The notes below the pieces were generated by a model. The model had not been told where the DNA came from, searched no databases, and saw nothing but the letters and a program-made list of their open reading frames with translations. 64,000 nt of DNA from an uncultured Actinomycetota bacterium (GTDB lineage: Bacteria; Actinomycetota; Actinomycetes; Actinomycetales; Microbacteriaceae), in the NCBI GenBank assembly GCA_963702165.1, contig OY969722.1, positions 2,156,693-2,220,692 of the forward strand. The letters are read 5' to 3'. A program made the translations under genes and the position numbers. Shown piece by piece: positions 19,300 to 30,176 of this stretch (its first letter is position 1; the number at the start of each line of letters is the position of its first letter).

Positions 19300-20610
19300 G
19301 TGACCCATCAACGCTTCCCCGCTCGCGGCAGTTGGCCAGAGGCCAGGCGCATTGCCGAGGTGCTCCGCAAGGAGACAGTCGGCGGCATCCTCTTGGTGAT
19401 CGCTGCGGCAATCGCGCTTGTCTTGGCCAACTCGCCGCTCGCAGACGGCTACTTCGCGGTGCGCGACTTCAGGGTGGGACCCGCCGAGTGGAACCTCGAC
19501 CTGACCATCGGCCAGTGGGCATCCGATGGGCTGCTCGCGATCTTCTTCTTCCTTGTCGGGCTGGAACTGAAACGCGAGTTCGTCGCCGGTGACCTGCGCC
19601 ACCCGCGCACCGCGGTCGTGCCCGTGGTCGCGGCGGCCGGCGGTGTGCTCGTGCCGGCCGTCATCTTCGTCGCCGTCACCTGGGGCGATGCGCTCGCGTT
19701 CCGCGGCTGGGCGGTGCCCACCGCCACCGACATCGCGTTCGCCGTCGCGGTGCTCGCCATCATCGGGTCACACCTGCCCAGTGCGCTGCGCATCTTCCTA
19801 CTCACTCTCGCGGTGGTCGACGACCTCATCGCGATCACCATCATCGCGGTCTTCTACACCGAGACGGTCATGCCGCTGTATCTCGCGCTGGCGCTCATCC
19901 CGATCGCCGCGCACCTGCTGCTTGCCCGGCGGTTCGCGTCCACCCTCGCTCGACACCGCCTCGCGGCATGGGGGATGCTCGTGCCTCTCGGGGTGATCGC
20001 GTGGCTGCTCGTGCACGCGTCCGGCGTGCATCCGACAGTCGCCGGCGTCCTGCTCGCGTTCACCATCCCGGTGATGCGAGCGGGCGGCGCTGCCGGACCC
20101 GGCCTGGCGGAGGTGTTCGAGCATCGGCTGCGCCCCCTCTCCTCTGGCTTCGTGCTGCCGGTGTTCGCGTTCTTCGCAGCCGGGGTCGCCATCGGTGGCG
20201 CCGATGGCTTCTTCACCGCGCTCGCGCATCCGGTCACCATCGGCATCGTCACGGCGCTCGTGCTCGGCAAGCCGATCGGAATCGTCGGAAGCACGTGGCT
20301 GGTGACGCGTTTCACCCGCGCAGAGCTCGAGCGGTCGTACGGCTGGATCGACCTGGTCGGCATCGCGACCCTCGCCGGGATCGGGTTCACCGTGTCGTTG
20401 CTGATCGGAGAACTGGCCTTCGGCCACGGCCCGTACGGAGACCTCGCGAAGGTCGGCGTGCTCACTGCGTCGGTGATCGCTGCCGTGCTCGCGGCGCTCC
20501 TCCTCATCGCGCGCAATGGCCGCTATCGGCGGATCGAGCGCGCGGAGAGCGCGGACGACGACCGGAACGGCATCCCGGATGTCTACGAGACCGGCGAGAC
20601 GGCTTCCTGA
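19300..20610 (+). CDS. nhaA: Na+/H+ antiporter NhaA
   Basis: [54 protein letters not shown]. Confidence 0.95.
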   Translation: MTHQRFPARGSWPEARRIAEVLRKETVGGILLVIAAAIALVLANSPLADGYFAVRDFRVGPAEWNLDLTIGQWASDGLLAIFFFLVGLELKREFVAGDLRHPRTAVVPVVAAAGGVLVPAVIFVAVTWGDALAFRGWAVPTATDIAFAVAVLAIIGSHLPSALRIFLLTLAVVDDLIAITIIAVFYTETVMPLYLALALIPIAAHLLLARRFASTLARHRLAAWGMLVPLGVIAWLLVHASGVHPTVAGVLLAFTIPVMRAGGAAGPGLAEVFEHRLRPLSSGFVLPVFAFFAAGVAIGGADGFFTALAHPVTIGIVTALVLGKPIGIVGSTWLVTRFTRAELERSYGWIDLVGIATLAGIGFTVSLLIGELAFGHGPYGDLAKVGVLTASVIAAVLAALLLIARNGRYRRIERAESADDDRNGIPDVYETGETAS

Positions 20611-21131
20611 CGCGGCTTGGTGACGTCCCAGAGGTGATGCTCTGGATCGTGGATCAGGTACCGCGCAAGCGTCGCAACGGTGAACTGTGCCCCGTCGCCG
20701 CGCGTGCCCCGGCGGGTCCAGGCGGCATCCGGGACCGCGTCCAGCGCGTCGGCCAACTCCTGCCCGGCGATCAGCAGTTCCTCGGCCACGACGGCCGGGT
20801 CTTGCTCGTTGTACCGTTCGGCGACCGCGGTCTCGTCCTGGTCCCAGCTGGGGAAGGTCGGGTAGTCCTCGGACAGCATGAGGTCCAGTCGCACCCGGAA
20901 GATCCGGAACACGTCCCGCACGTGCGCGGCGTACTCGAGCGGCGACCAGGTGCGCTCATCCGGCCGCTCCTGCACGTCGGGGCGATCCAGCACGCCCGGC
21001 CAGAGGTCGGCGACGCCCCGCACCAGATCCGCGACGTCGCGCTCGCTCGTCGTGGACGCGTCGAAGCTGCACTCCGGGCACGGGCGCTCGAGCACCCAGG
21101 TCCAGTCCTTGGTGTCTGCAGGGATCCTCAT
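20583..21131 (-). CDS. DinB family protein
   Basis: [35 protein letters not shown]. Confidence 0.85.
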   Translation of the reverse strand: MRIPADTKDWTWVLERPCPECSFDASTTSERDVADLVRGVADLWPGVLDRPDVQERPDERTWSPLEYAAHVRDVFRIFRVRLDLMLSEDYPTFPSWDQDETAVAERYNEQDPAVVAEELLIAGQELADALDAVPDAAWTRRGTRGDGAQFTVATLARYLIHDPEHHLWDVTKPRQEAVSPVS

Positions 21132-21174
21132 CCACCAATCGTGCCCCAGAAGGCTCCGAGGTACCGTAGATTTC

Positions 21175-21471
21175 ATGCCAACCTTCTCCCCCGACGTCGT
21201 CAGCGCCGTGCTTGCTCACATGAACGGCGACCACTCGGATGACAACCTGCTGATCGCGCGGGCGTTCGGGAGTGCGGCTGCCGACACCGCAACCATGACC
21301 GGGCTGGACGACGTCAGCGGTCACTGGGAGTACGCGATCGGCGACGACGAGCACGAGTTGAGCGTGCCGTGGTCGGTGACGATCAGCGAGCGGCCGGAGA
21401 TCCGTCGCGAGATCGTCGCCCTGTACGACGCCGCGTGCGCCAAGCTCGGTGTCGAACCGCGGCCGCACTGA
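21175..21471 (+). CDS. DUF2470 domain protein (putative heme-binding)
   Basis: AVLAHMNGDHSDDNL motif; upstream of a heme oxygenase. Confidence 0.8.
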   Translation: MPTFSPDVVSAVLAHMNGDHSDDNLLIARAFGSAAADTATMTGLDDVSGHWEYAIGDDEHELSVPWSVTISERPEIRREIVALYDAACAKLGVEPRPH

Positions 21472-21489
21472 CCGCCTCCCCCGCGAGTT

Positions 21490-21579
21490 TTAACCCATCT
21501 CAAGGAGATCCGGCCCTTCAGGACCCCGGCATCAGGCATCCGGGGCCACCCGAGCCCGAATCTCCTTGAAACGGGTTCA
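21490..21579. repeat. MITE/REPIN-like hairpin element, family A copy 2 (inverted relative to copy 1)
   Basis: TTAACCCATCTCAAGGAGAT-50 nt-ATCTCCTTGAAACGGGTTCA. Confidence 0.8.
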
Positions 21580-21611
21580 GGGCTTTCTTCAGGTTGGGCT
21601 CCTGGGTAAGC

Positions 21612-21630
21612 TTAGGGTTACCTAACCTAA
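21612..21630. promoter_or_regulatory. DtxR/IdeR iron box
   Basis: TTAGGGTTACCTAACCTAA, 16/19 match to TTAGGTTAGSCTAACCTAA, 8 nt before the heme oxygenase ATG. Confidence 0.85.
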
Positions 21631-21638
21631 GGATCTCG

Positions 21639-22285
21639 ATGAGCGTCATCCCCTTCTCGCAGGCACTGCGCGAGCGCACCTGGACCGGTCACGGCAACAG
21701 CGAGGGCGAGACTTCATGACCGACCTCATGACGGGCAAGGGCACCCGCGACGACTACATCGCCCTCGTCGCCCAGCACTACTTCATCTACGAGGCGCTCG
21801 AAGCGGCGGCGGAGCGGATGGCGGACGACCCGGTCGCCGCGCCGTTCATCTCGCCGCAGCTCACCCGGCTGCCCGCGCTCGAAGCCGACCTCGAGTTCCT
21901 GATCGGCGCCGACTGGCGCGGCGCGCATCCCGCCGCTGCCGACCACGCAGCGCTACGTCGACCGCATCAGCGAGGTCGCAGCGACGCTGGACAGGCGGCT
22001 TCATCGCGCACCACTACACGCGCTACCTCGGCGACCTGTCGGGCGGGCAGGTCATCCGCACGCTCATGCAGCGCCAGTTCGGCTTCGAGACCAACGGCGT
22101 CGGCTTCTACCTCTTCGACCAGATCGCCAAGCCCGAAGGAGTTCAAGGACACCTACCGCGAGCAGCTCGACGCCGTCGACTGGGACGACGAGGAGCGCGA
22201 GCGCGTGATCGACGAGGTGGTGCTCGCCTACCGGTTCAACACCGAGCTGTTCGTCGACCTCTCGGCGGCGAAGGCCGCCGCCTGA
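21639..22285 (+). CDS. hmuO: Biliverdin-producing heme oxygenase (HmuO-like; frameshifted)
   Basis: [13 protein letters not shown]...[10 protein letters not shown]...[15 protein letters not shown]...AYRFN across frames. Confidence 0.88.
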
Positions 22286-22288
22286 GAC

Positions 22289-23603
22289 TCAGGTCGCCGC
22301 GGCCGCCTCGATGCCGGGGATGCGCTGTCGCCCGACATGAACCGCCGCACGTTCTCGTCGACGATGATGTCGCTCGGCCGCAGCGGCCGGGTCAGGTAGA
22401 GCCCGTCGAGCGTCGGTGATGCGGCTGAGCGCGACGTAGGTCTGCCCGGGCGCGAACGAGCGCTGACCGAGGTCGACGATCGCGCGGTCGTAGGTCTTGC
22501 CCTGCGACTTGTGGATCGTGACCGCCCACGCGAGCCGCAGCGGGAACTGGGTGAACTCGGCGACGATGTCCTTGCGCAGCTCCTTGGTCGCCGGCGAGTA
22601 GGTGTACTTGTACTTCTCCCAGATGGCCGGCTGCACCTCGTGCTCCTCGCCGTCGACCTCGACCCAGACGGTGTCGGCGATCTTCGTCACCGTCGCCGAC
22701 GCGTGCCGTTGACCCAGCGCTGGTCGCCGGTGTCGTTGCGCAGGAACATCACCTGCGCGCCGACCTTGAGCTCGAGCCGCTCGTCGGCCGGGAAGGCGCG
22801 GCCGCCGAAGTCGCCGCTGATCTCGGCGCCGCGCGGTCAGCGCCCGGCCCGGGCAGCCGCGCCGAGCTCGGTCGCGTTGATGCGGTTGACGGTGGCGTTG
22901 CGTCGTCGCGAGCGTGATGGCGCCATCCGTCGGCGGCGGGCCGCGCCCCGACCGCGTTGAGCCGGCCGGCGATCTCGGCGGTGACCCTGCCGTGCCGCAC
23001 CGCGTTGAGCATGTACTTGAACTCGTCCTCGTGCTGGCGGTGGATGGTGGTGAGCTCGAAGATCGCAGGTCGGCCTCGTCCCAGACCTTCGCGTCGAAGA
23101 ACCACATCGACGCGGTAGCTGGTCGGCGAAGTAGGCGCGCTCGTCGCCGTCGCCCGGCACCGGGGCGAGCTGGTACGGGTCGCCGAACAGCACGACCTGC
23201 ACGCCGCCGAACGGCCTCGTGCCTGCGCTGCCGGGCCTGCCGCAGGCTGCGGTCGATCGCGTCGAGCAGGTCGGCGTTGACCATCGACACCTCGTCGATG
23301 ACGAGGGTGTCGATGGTGTTGAGCAGCTTGCGCAGCTCGGCGGTCTGCTCGATGCTCGTGGTCGGCGATGACCCCGATCGGCAGCCGGAACAGCGAGTGG
23401 ATGGTCTGCCCGCCGACGTTGAGCGCGGCGACGCCGGTCGGGCGCGCAGATCACGAGCTGCTTGGAGGTGTTCCAGGACAGGTGGTTCGAGCAGCGTCGA
23501 CTTGCCGGTGCCGGCGCGACCGGTGACGAAGATGTGCTCGCGCGTGCGTCTCGATCGCCTCGAAGACCGCCGCCTGCTCGGCGGAGAGCTGTGGCTGGCT
23601 CAA
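22289..23603 (-). CDS. PIF1-like ATP-dependent helicase (many frameshifts)
   Basis: [52 protein letters not shown]. Confidence 0.88.
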
Positions 23604-23712
23604 TCAACTACTCCCGCCTGGTTCCGACTACCCAATCTACTGCGCACCACCGGCACGCCGGCGCCGACGCCAGCCGTCTGTGGGTTTCTCGGCCGACCGT
23701 AGGATTGAATGC

Positions 23713-24705
23713 ATGGCGAACGCATCCGGCACCCCCGAGCGGGGCCGGGTCATCGCCGGATGGCTCATCCTCCTCGGCCTGATCATCGGCGGGTTCATCG
23801 CCACGGTCGTGGCCCTCAACCAGACGGTCTTCAGCGCGCAGGGTTTCGTCACCCACTACCTCGAGGCTCTCGACCGACGCGACGTCACCGCCGCGCTCGC
23901 GACCGACGGGGTCACCATGGTGGACGGCGCGAGCGACAGCCTGCTCGCTCCGGATGCGCTCGGCGAGCTGTCCGACATCGAGATCGTCGCCGAGGAGGTC
24001 TTCGCCCGATGTCCGCGTGGTGACCGTCGCCTACACGCTGGATTCAGTGGCGGGCGAGACCGACGTTCTTCGTCGATCGGGCCGACACCCGGTTCGGACT
24101 GTTCACGGCTGGGCGTTCGCTCGAAGCCCGATCAGCGTGCTCGAGGTGACGCCGCTGCACGCCGCCGAGTTCACCGTCAACGGCATCCGGCTCTCGTCAG
24201 CCGGAGCCAACCAGCCGAGCGCCTGGCGGTGCTGACCCCCAGCCGGTACGTGCTGGGCCACGACTCCAGGTACCTGACCGCGGCCGACGCGCCGGTGCGG
24301 GTGACGACGCCGAACAGCATCGTCCCGGCCGAGGTGGACGTGCAGGCCAGCGCCGAGTTCGTCTCCGCAGCTGCAGGACGAGGTCGACGCGTTCCTGCAG
24401 GACTGCGCCACCCAGCAGGTGCTCTTCCCCAGCGGATGCCCGTTCGGGCTTCCCGATCGACGACCGGGTCGAGAGCGCTCCGCAGTGGTCGATCACCGAG
24501 CTATCCGCGTGATCAGCCTCGTGCCCGGCGACACGTCCGACGTCTGGGTGGTGCCGGAGACCGCTGGCGTCGCGCATCTGAGCGTCGAGGTGCAGTCGCT
24601 GTTCGACGGCTCGCTGTCGCGCGGTCGACGAGGACGTGCCGTTCACGATCAGCTGGGCGGTGACCCTGCGCGACGGACGGCGGCGTCTCGATCGACGTGC
24701 TCTAA
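23713..24705 (+). CDS. Membrane-anchored hypothetical protein (frameshifted)
   Basis: N-terminal TM helix; pieces DCATQQVLFPSGCPFG and VEVQSLFDGS in successive frames. Confidence 0.65.
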
Positions 24706-26668
24706 CCGCGCTTGTCGCGCTTCTGCAGCATGGCGTTGTAGGCGTCGAGCTCGGCGTCGCCGTCGCGGTCGGCCTTGCGGTCGAGGCGCTTGGCCTCCCG
24801 CTCGTCGCTGCGCGCCCACATGATCGCGACGATGATCGCCAGCGCGATGGTCGGGATCTCGCCGACACTCCACGCGATGCCGCCGCCGATCTGCTGGTCC
24901 TCGAGCGCGCTCGGACCCCAATCGCGACCCATCGCGCCGTACCAGTCGGCCAGCAGCAGCCCGGTGCCCGTCATCAGCGCCAGCCCGAAGAAGGCGTGGA
25001 ACGCCATGGTCGCCAGCAGCACGATGAGCCGCATCGGGTACGGCGCGCGGTACGGCACCGGATCGACCCCGATGAGCGCCTGCACGAAGCAGGTACCCGG
25101 TCAGCAGGAAGTGCACGATCATCCAAGGTGTGCCCGATGTGGTCGTCCGTCGCCCAGCGGAACAGCGGCGTGTAGTAGAAGATCCACAGCGAGACGGCGA
25201 AGAACGCGCCGGCGACGATCGGGTTGGAGAAGAAGCCGGACGCACCGCGAGTGGACGATGAGCAGGATCCACTCACGCGCGCCGCGACTGCCGTCCGTCG
25301 CGCTTCTGGATCGCGCGCAGCGCCAGCGTGATCGGCGCCGCGGGCACCAGCAGCAGCGGGATCACCATGCCGAGGAGCATGTGCGCGAGCATGTGCGCGC
25401 TGAACAGGTACTGCTCGTAGACGTTGATGCCGCCGTTGGTGACGTAGAACAGCAGCGCGAGGCCGACCAGCCAGAGCGACGGTGCGGTACCACGGCCAGC
25501 GGTCGCCGCGGCGGCGCAGCCGCCAGACACCGGCCAGGTAGAAGAAGGCCAGGAACGCGGTGACGAGCACCCAGAGCAGGTCGAAGTTCCACTCGGTGAA
25601 GTAGCCGCTCGAAGGTGAGCGGCGGCGGCAGCGGCTCACCGGTGAGGAGTCGGCGGCGCGGCGAAGAGTCGAACGGTTCCTGCGCCACCGGAGTCGGGCG
25701 TGGCGGCGAGTGCGGCCGCGACACCGGAGGCGATGCCCATGAACCACGACCTCGGCGACGACCAGCCACCAGAAGCCGACTCGCTCCGGCACTCTGTCGT
25801 TGACCATCCGGCCGATCACGAACCGGCGCTGGAAGGCGCCGAACCGCCCGAGCGCCACCAGCGCGAGCGACCTTCACGAGCACGAGGACTGCCGTACGGC
25901 GACAGGATGTTCTCGATCGAACCGACGCGAATCTCGGCGCTCACGTAGCCGGAGACGGCTACGACGATGAAGCAGACCAGGGCGAGGGTCGAGTAGCGCG
26001 CCAGCACGGTCACCAGCCGCCCTGGGCCGAGCGTGCCGCGGATGAGCACCAGCGTGACCAGGCCACCGAGCCAGACACTGACGAACACCAGGTGCAGGCC
26101 AGAGGCGGTCACGGCGGCGTCGTGGCTGGCGGCCCCGGCCGCGTGGCCCTGAGCGCCAGCGGAATGAGGCCGACAACGCCGAGGGCGGCGACCAGGGCCA
26201 CCGCGGTGCGGTTGCGCACGGCGAAGCAGAGCACGGTCACGACCGCCGGCACGACGGTGGCGGTCAGCCACAGTCGGCCGAGCTCGAAGTTCGATGAGGA
26301 AGTTGCCGAACTGCTGCCCGAAGGTCGTCAAGGCTCGGCTGCAGTCGGAGATGCTCAGGAAGGTGAAGAAGGTGGCAGCACCCGCCGCGACGGTCCAGAC
26401 CGCTGCGGTCGCGGCTGCGACATCCATCGCCCGGTCGAACGCGGCCTCCTTGCCGAGAGCGAAGCATGCGAGCACGAGCGCGCCGATCGTGGTCGCCGCG
26501 GTCAGGTCGACGTGCGAGCCGCGAGATGGGCAGGCCGTAGCGCACGACCGCGCCGGGGTCGAAGCGCGGCGCTTCGGCGCCGCCGCCGAACGGGAGCGCG
26601 GCGACCAGCGACACCAGCGCGGCCAGCAGCAGGGCTGCGGGCGCCAGCAATCGGATGGTTCTCGGCAC
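24702..26668 (-). CDS. CopD / cytochrome c oxidase assembly (CtaG) fusion membrane protein (frameshifted)
   Basis: GHAAG...HLVFVSVWLGGL (CopD); HMLAHMLLGM, FHAFFG, DQQIGGGIAWSVGEIP (Caa3_CtaG). Confidence 0.85.
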
Positions 26669-26720
26669 CACCCCAGCCTACGTACTCAGCGGAGCAGGAA
26701 CCGACCGCCCCGGAAACACG

Positions 26721-26751
26721 AAAGGGCGCGCGACAAGATGTCTCGCGCCCT
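26721..26751 (-). terminator. Intrinsic terminator after the HU gene
   Basis: AGGGCGCG...CGCGCCCTTT hairpin. Confidence 0.65.
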
Positions 26752-26764
26752 CACACGTGGTGTG

Positions 26765-27053
26765 TTACTTGGCAGCAGCCTTGAGCTTGCTGCCAGCGCT
26801 GACCTTCACGCCGTTGCTGGCAGCGATCTGGATGGCCTCACCGGTCTGCGGGTTGCGACCCGCGCGCGCGGCACGGTGGGTGCGCTCGACCGAGATCCAT
26901 CCCGGGATGGTGACCTTCGTGCCGTCGCCGACGGAGCTTGGCGAGCGCGGCGAAGAGAGCGTCGAGGACGCCGTTGACGGCGGCCTGGCTCTGGCCGGAC
27001 TCTGCGGCAACAGCCGCGACGAGCTCGGTACGGTTTAGTGACTTGTCAGCCAT
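26765..27053 (-). CDS. hup: HU family DNA-binding protein (one frameshift)
   Basis: LNRTELVAAVA...; RAARAGRNPQTGEAIQIAAS...SAGSKLK. Confidence 0.92.
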
Positions 27054-27123
27054 TGAATTGTCCTCCTCGGACCTAGTGCAGTTGACAGTTCAGTCGGTCG
27101 AAGCGCGGGAACCGCCTGAACAT

Positions 27124-27431
27124 CTACCAGCTTGACTTGGTAATTCCGGGCAATTCGCCACGGTGCGCCATATCGCGGAAGCGAACACGGGAAACACCGA
27201 ACTGGCTGAGGAAACCACGCGGACGGCCGTCGATCGCGTCGCGACCGCGAACGCGCACCGGCGAAGCGTTGCGGGGAAGCTTCTGCAGGCCGAGGCGAGC
27301 GGCCTCGCGCTGACTCGTCGGTTGCCGGCCGGGTCGACGAGTGCCTTCTTCAGCTCGAGGCGCTTCGCGGCGTAACGCTCGACGATGACCTTCCGCTGCT
27401 CGTTCTTGGCGATCTTGCTCTTCTTGGCCAT
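27124..27431 (-). CDS. rpsN: 30S ribosomal protein S14, long Zn-free type (frameshifted)
   Basis: [14 protein letters not shown]...; [10 protein letters not shown]...[14 protein letters not shown]. Confidence 0.93.
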
Positions 27432-27433
27432 GC

Positions 27434-27601
27434 TTAGCGCTCCTCGCGGAATTCGACGTGCTTGCGCACGACCGGGTCGTACTTCTTCAGCACGAGTCGG
27501 TCAGGGTTGTTGCGACGGTTCTTCTTGGTCACGTAGGTGTACCCGGTACCGGCGGTCGAGCGGAGCTTGATGATCGGACGGATGTCCTGCTGCTTGGCCA
27601 T
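27434..27601 (-). CDS. rpmG: 50S ribosomal protein L33 (Cys-free)
   Basis: [55 protein letters not shown]; below the ORF-track cutoff. Confidence 0.95.
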   Translation of the reverse strand: MAKQQDIRPIIKLRSTAGTGYTYVTKKNRRNNPDRLVLKKYDPVVRKHVEFREER

Positions 27602-27837
27602 TAGATCTTCTCCCCACGTGCGAGCAGGTCCTTGACGACCGACTCGATGCCACGGGCGTCAATCACCTTGATGCCCTTGGCGCTGAGCGTCAGGGTCACG
27701 TTGCGACGAAGCGACGGCACGTAGTACGTCTTCTTCTGGATGTTCGGGTCGAAACGACGCTTGGTGCGACGGTGCGAGTGCGAAATGTTGTGCCCGAAGC
27801 CGGGAACGGCTCCGGTCACCTGGCAGACTGCTGCCAT
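27601..27837 (-). CDS. rpmB: 50S ribosomal protein L28
   Basis: [34 protein letters not shown]. Confidence 0.96.
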   Translation of the reverse strand: MAAVCQVTGAVPGFGHNISHSHRRTKRRFDPNIQKKTYYVPSLRRNVTLTLSAKGIKVIDARGIESVVKDLLARGEKI

Positions 27838-28090
27838 GGTGGTACTCCTCTTCTGATCTACCGTGGGACGATCGCCCCACCCAAGGTCACTTGTCGGCAT
27901 GCCAAATCCGAGTCATTCGCTCGGATGGCACACAAAGAAAGGCGGGAATCCGCCTGACCTAAAGAGAATAGTCGACGCGGCGGATGCGCGCAATTGCGGC
28001 TCTTTCCCGCTCGCGCTGGTCAAACATCCAAGCGCGGGTCGAATTCGACGCGCGCGTGGATGTTTGACCCGCGCACGCGGCTCGGTGGGG

Positions 28091-28472
28091 CTAATTGGCG
28101 CAGTCCGGGCAGAGGCCGAAGACGTCGACGACGTGGTACTCGTGGGTGAACGAGTTGTCGGCTGCCACCTTGCGTGCCCACTTCTCCACCGCCGCGGCTT
28201 CGATCTCGACCGTCCTGCCGCATTGCGGCAGATCAGGTGGTGGTGGTGAGTGTCCGGGCGGCAGGCGCGGTACAGGGTCTCGCCGTCTCCGGCTGCAGGC
28301 AGTCGGCGTCGCCGTCGCTGGCCAGGTCGGCGAGGGCACGGTAGACGGTGGCGAGCCCGATCGCGGTGCCCTGCGTGACGAGTGTGGTGTGCAGTGCCTG
28401 CGCGCTCACGAACCCGCTCTGCTGCTCGAGCGCGTCCCGTACCGCGTCACGCTGCCAGGTGTTGCGCTTCAT
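28091..28472 (-). CDS. zur: Fur-family zinc uptake regulator (frameshifted)
   Basis: RNTWQR...IGLATVYRAL; HHHHLICRxCG; FGLCPDC; same operon as a metal ABC transporter. Confidence 0.85.
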
Positions 28473-29349
28473 GCCGACACCCTAACCCTCTCGATTCGCC
28501 GCCCGGGCTGGCCCTTCTTGGTCCGCGCCCACCCGATCAGACGGCAGACGCAGTAGATGAGGAACGAGATCGTCGTCACGTACGGGCTGATCGGCAGACC
28601 GCCGCCGAGCGCGAGCAGGATGCCGCCGACGACCGAGATCACCGCGAACGCGACGCTGAGCAGCGGCGTGCACAGCGGCGAGGTGGTCACGCGCATCGCC
28701 GCGGCCGCCGGGGTGACGAGCAGCGCCAGCACCAGCAGCGCGCCGACGATCTGGATGGACACGGCGGTCGCGAGCCCGAGCAGCACCATGAAGATGATGC
28801 CGATCCGGTCGACCGGCAATCCGCGAGCCCTGGCGACATCCTCGTCGACGCTCGCGAAGGTCAGCGGCCGCCAGATCACGAACAGGCCGATCAGCACGAC
28901 GATCGAGATGCCGATCAGCAGGGTCAGCTGGGGGTCGTCCACCGAGACGATCTGGCCGGTGAGCAGGCCGAACTTGTTGGCCGCGCGACCCTGATAGAGG
29001 GCGAGACACAGGATGCCGAGGCCGAGTCCGAACGGCATCAGCACCGCGGTGATCGAGTTGCGGTCCCTGGCCTTCGTGCCGAGCAGGCCGATCAGGATTG
29101 CCGCCAGCAGCGAACCGACGAGCGAGCCGGCGACCACGTTCACGCCGAACAGCAGGGCGGCGGCGGCGCCCGCGAACGACAGCTCGCTGATGCCGTGCAC
29201 CGCGAAGGCGAGGTCGCGCGTCATCACGAACGTGCCGATGAGCCCGCCGACGACGCCGAGCATGGCGCCCGCGATGATCGAGTTCTGCACGAGGGCAAGT
29301 AGCTCGCCGTAGTCGTCGAAGTTGAACAGCTGGGAGAGGAGTCGTCCAT
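28469..29349 (-). CDS. znuB: Metal (Zn) ABC transporter permease (frameshift near start)
   Basis: FAVHGISELSFAGAA, LLTGQIVSVD, IQIVGALLVLALLVTPAAAA. Confidence 0.88.
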
Positions 29350-30176
29350 CAGGCGCCCCCTCCCGTTCGGTGGTGCTCGAGGTGGTCGTGCACGCCATAG
29401 CCCTCCGGCGCGCCGAGCACTGCGACTCGTCCGCGCGAGTGGATGACGTCGACCGGCGTGTTGTACAGGTCGGTGAGCACTTCGGAGCGCAGCACCTCGT
29501 CCGGAGTCCCGATCCGGAACCGACCGCCGGCAAGGTACAGCACCCGGTCGACGAACGGCAGCACCGGGTTCACGTCGTGGGTGACGAAGATCACCGCGGT
29601 GTTCAGCAGCCTGCGCTGCTCGTTGATCAGCTCGCTGATCGCGCGCTGGTGATGCAGGTCGAGCGACGACAGCGGTTCGTCGCAGAGCAGCAGCTTCGGC
29701 TTCGCCGCGATCGCCTGCGCGACCCGGACCCGCTGCTGCTCGCCGCCGGAGAGAGTCGCGACCGGCATGTCCGCGTAGGCGGTTGCCCCGACCTGGCCGA
29801 GCACTTCTCTCACCCGCGCCCTCGTGGCGTGCATCGTCATCGGCGGACCCCAGCGCTCGCCGTCGATCCCGAGCGCGACCAGGTCGCGCGCGCGCAAGGG
29901 CGTGCCGTCCTGGAACAGCCGTTGCTGCGGGATGTAGCCGATGTCGCGGCTGCCGGTTTTGGCGGGCTCGCCGAGCAGCTCGATGCTGCCTGCGCTGAGC
30001 TTCTGCTGCCCGATCACCGCCCGCAGCAGGCTCGTCTTGCCGGAGCCGTTCGGTCCGAGCACGGCGATGAACTCGCCTGGGGCGACGTCGAGGTTGAGGC
30101 CTCGCCAGAGCTGCCGGTCGCCGAAGTCGAGAGTCGCGGCCCGGATGCTGAGGACTGGAGCACTGTCCCCTGTCAC
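29349..30176 (-). CDS. znuC: Metal (Zn) ABC transporter ATP-binding protein
   Basis: GPNGSGKT, LSGGEQQR, LLLCDEP, VTHD. Confidence 0.9.
   Translation of the reverse strand: MTGDSAPVLSIRAATLDFGDRQLWRGLNLDVAPGEFIAVLGPNGSGKTSLLRAVIGQQKLSAGSIELLGEPAKTGSRDIGYIPQQRLFQDGTPLRARDLVALGIDGERWGPPMTMHATRARVREVLGQVGATAYADMPVATLSGGEQQRVRVAQAIAAKPKLLLCDEPLSSLDLHHQRAISELINEQRRLLNTAVIFVTHDVNPVLPFVDRVLYLAGGRFRIGTPDEVLRSEVLTDLYNTPVDVIHSRGRVAVLGAPEGYGVHDHLEHHRTGGGA

Noticed and set aside
20583-20610. Convergent 3' overlap of nhaA and dinB
   Set aside because: Short 28-bp tail overlap, common in compact genomes
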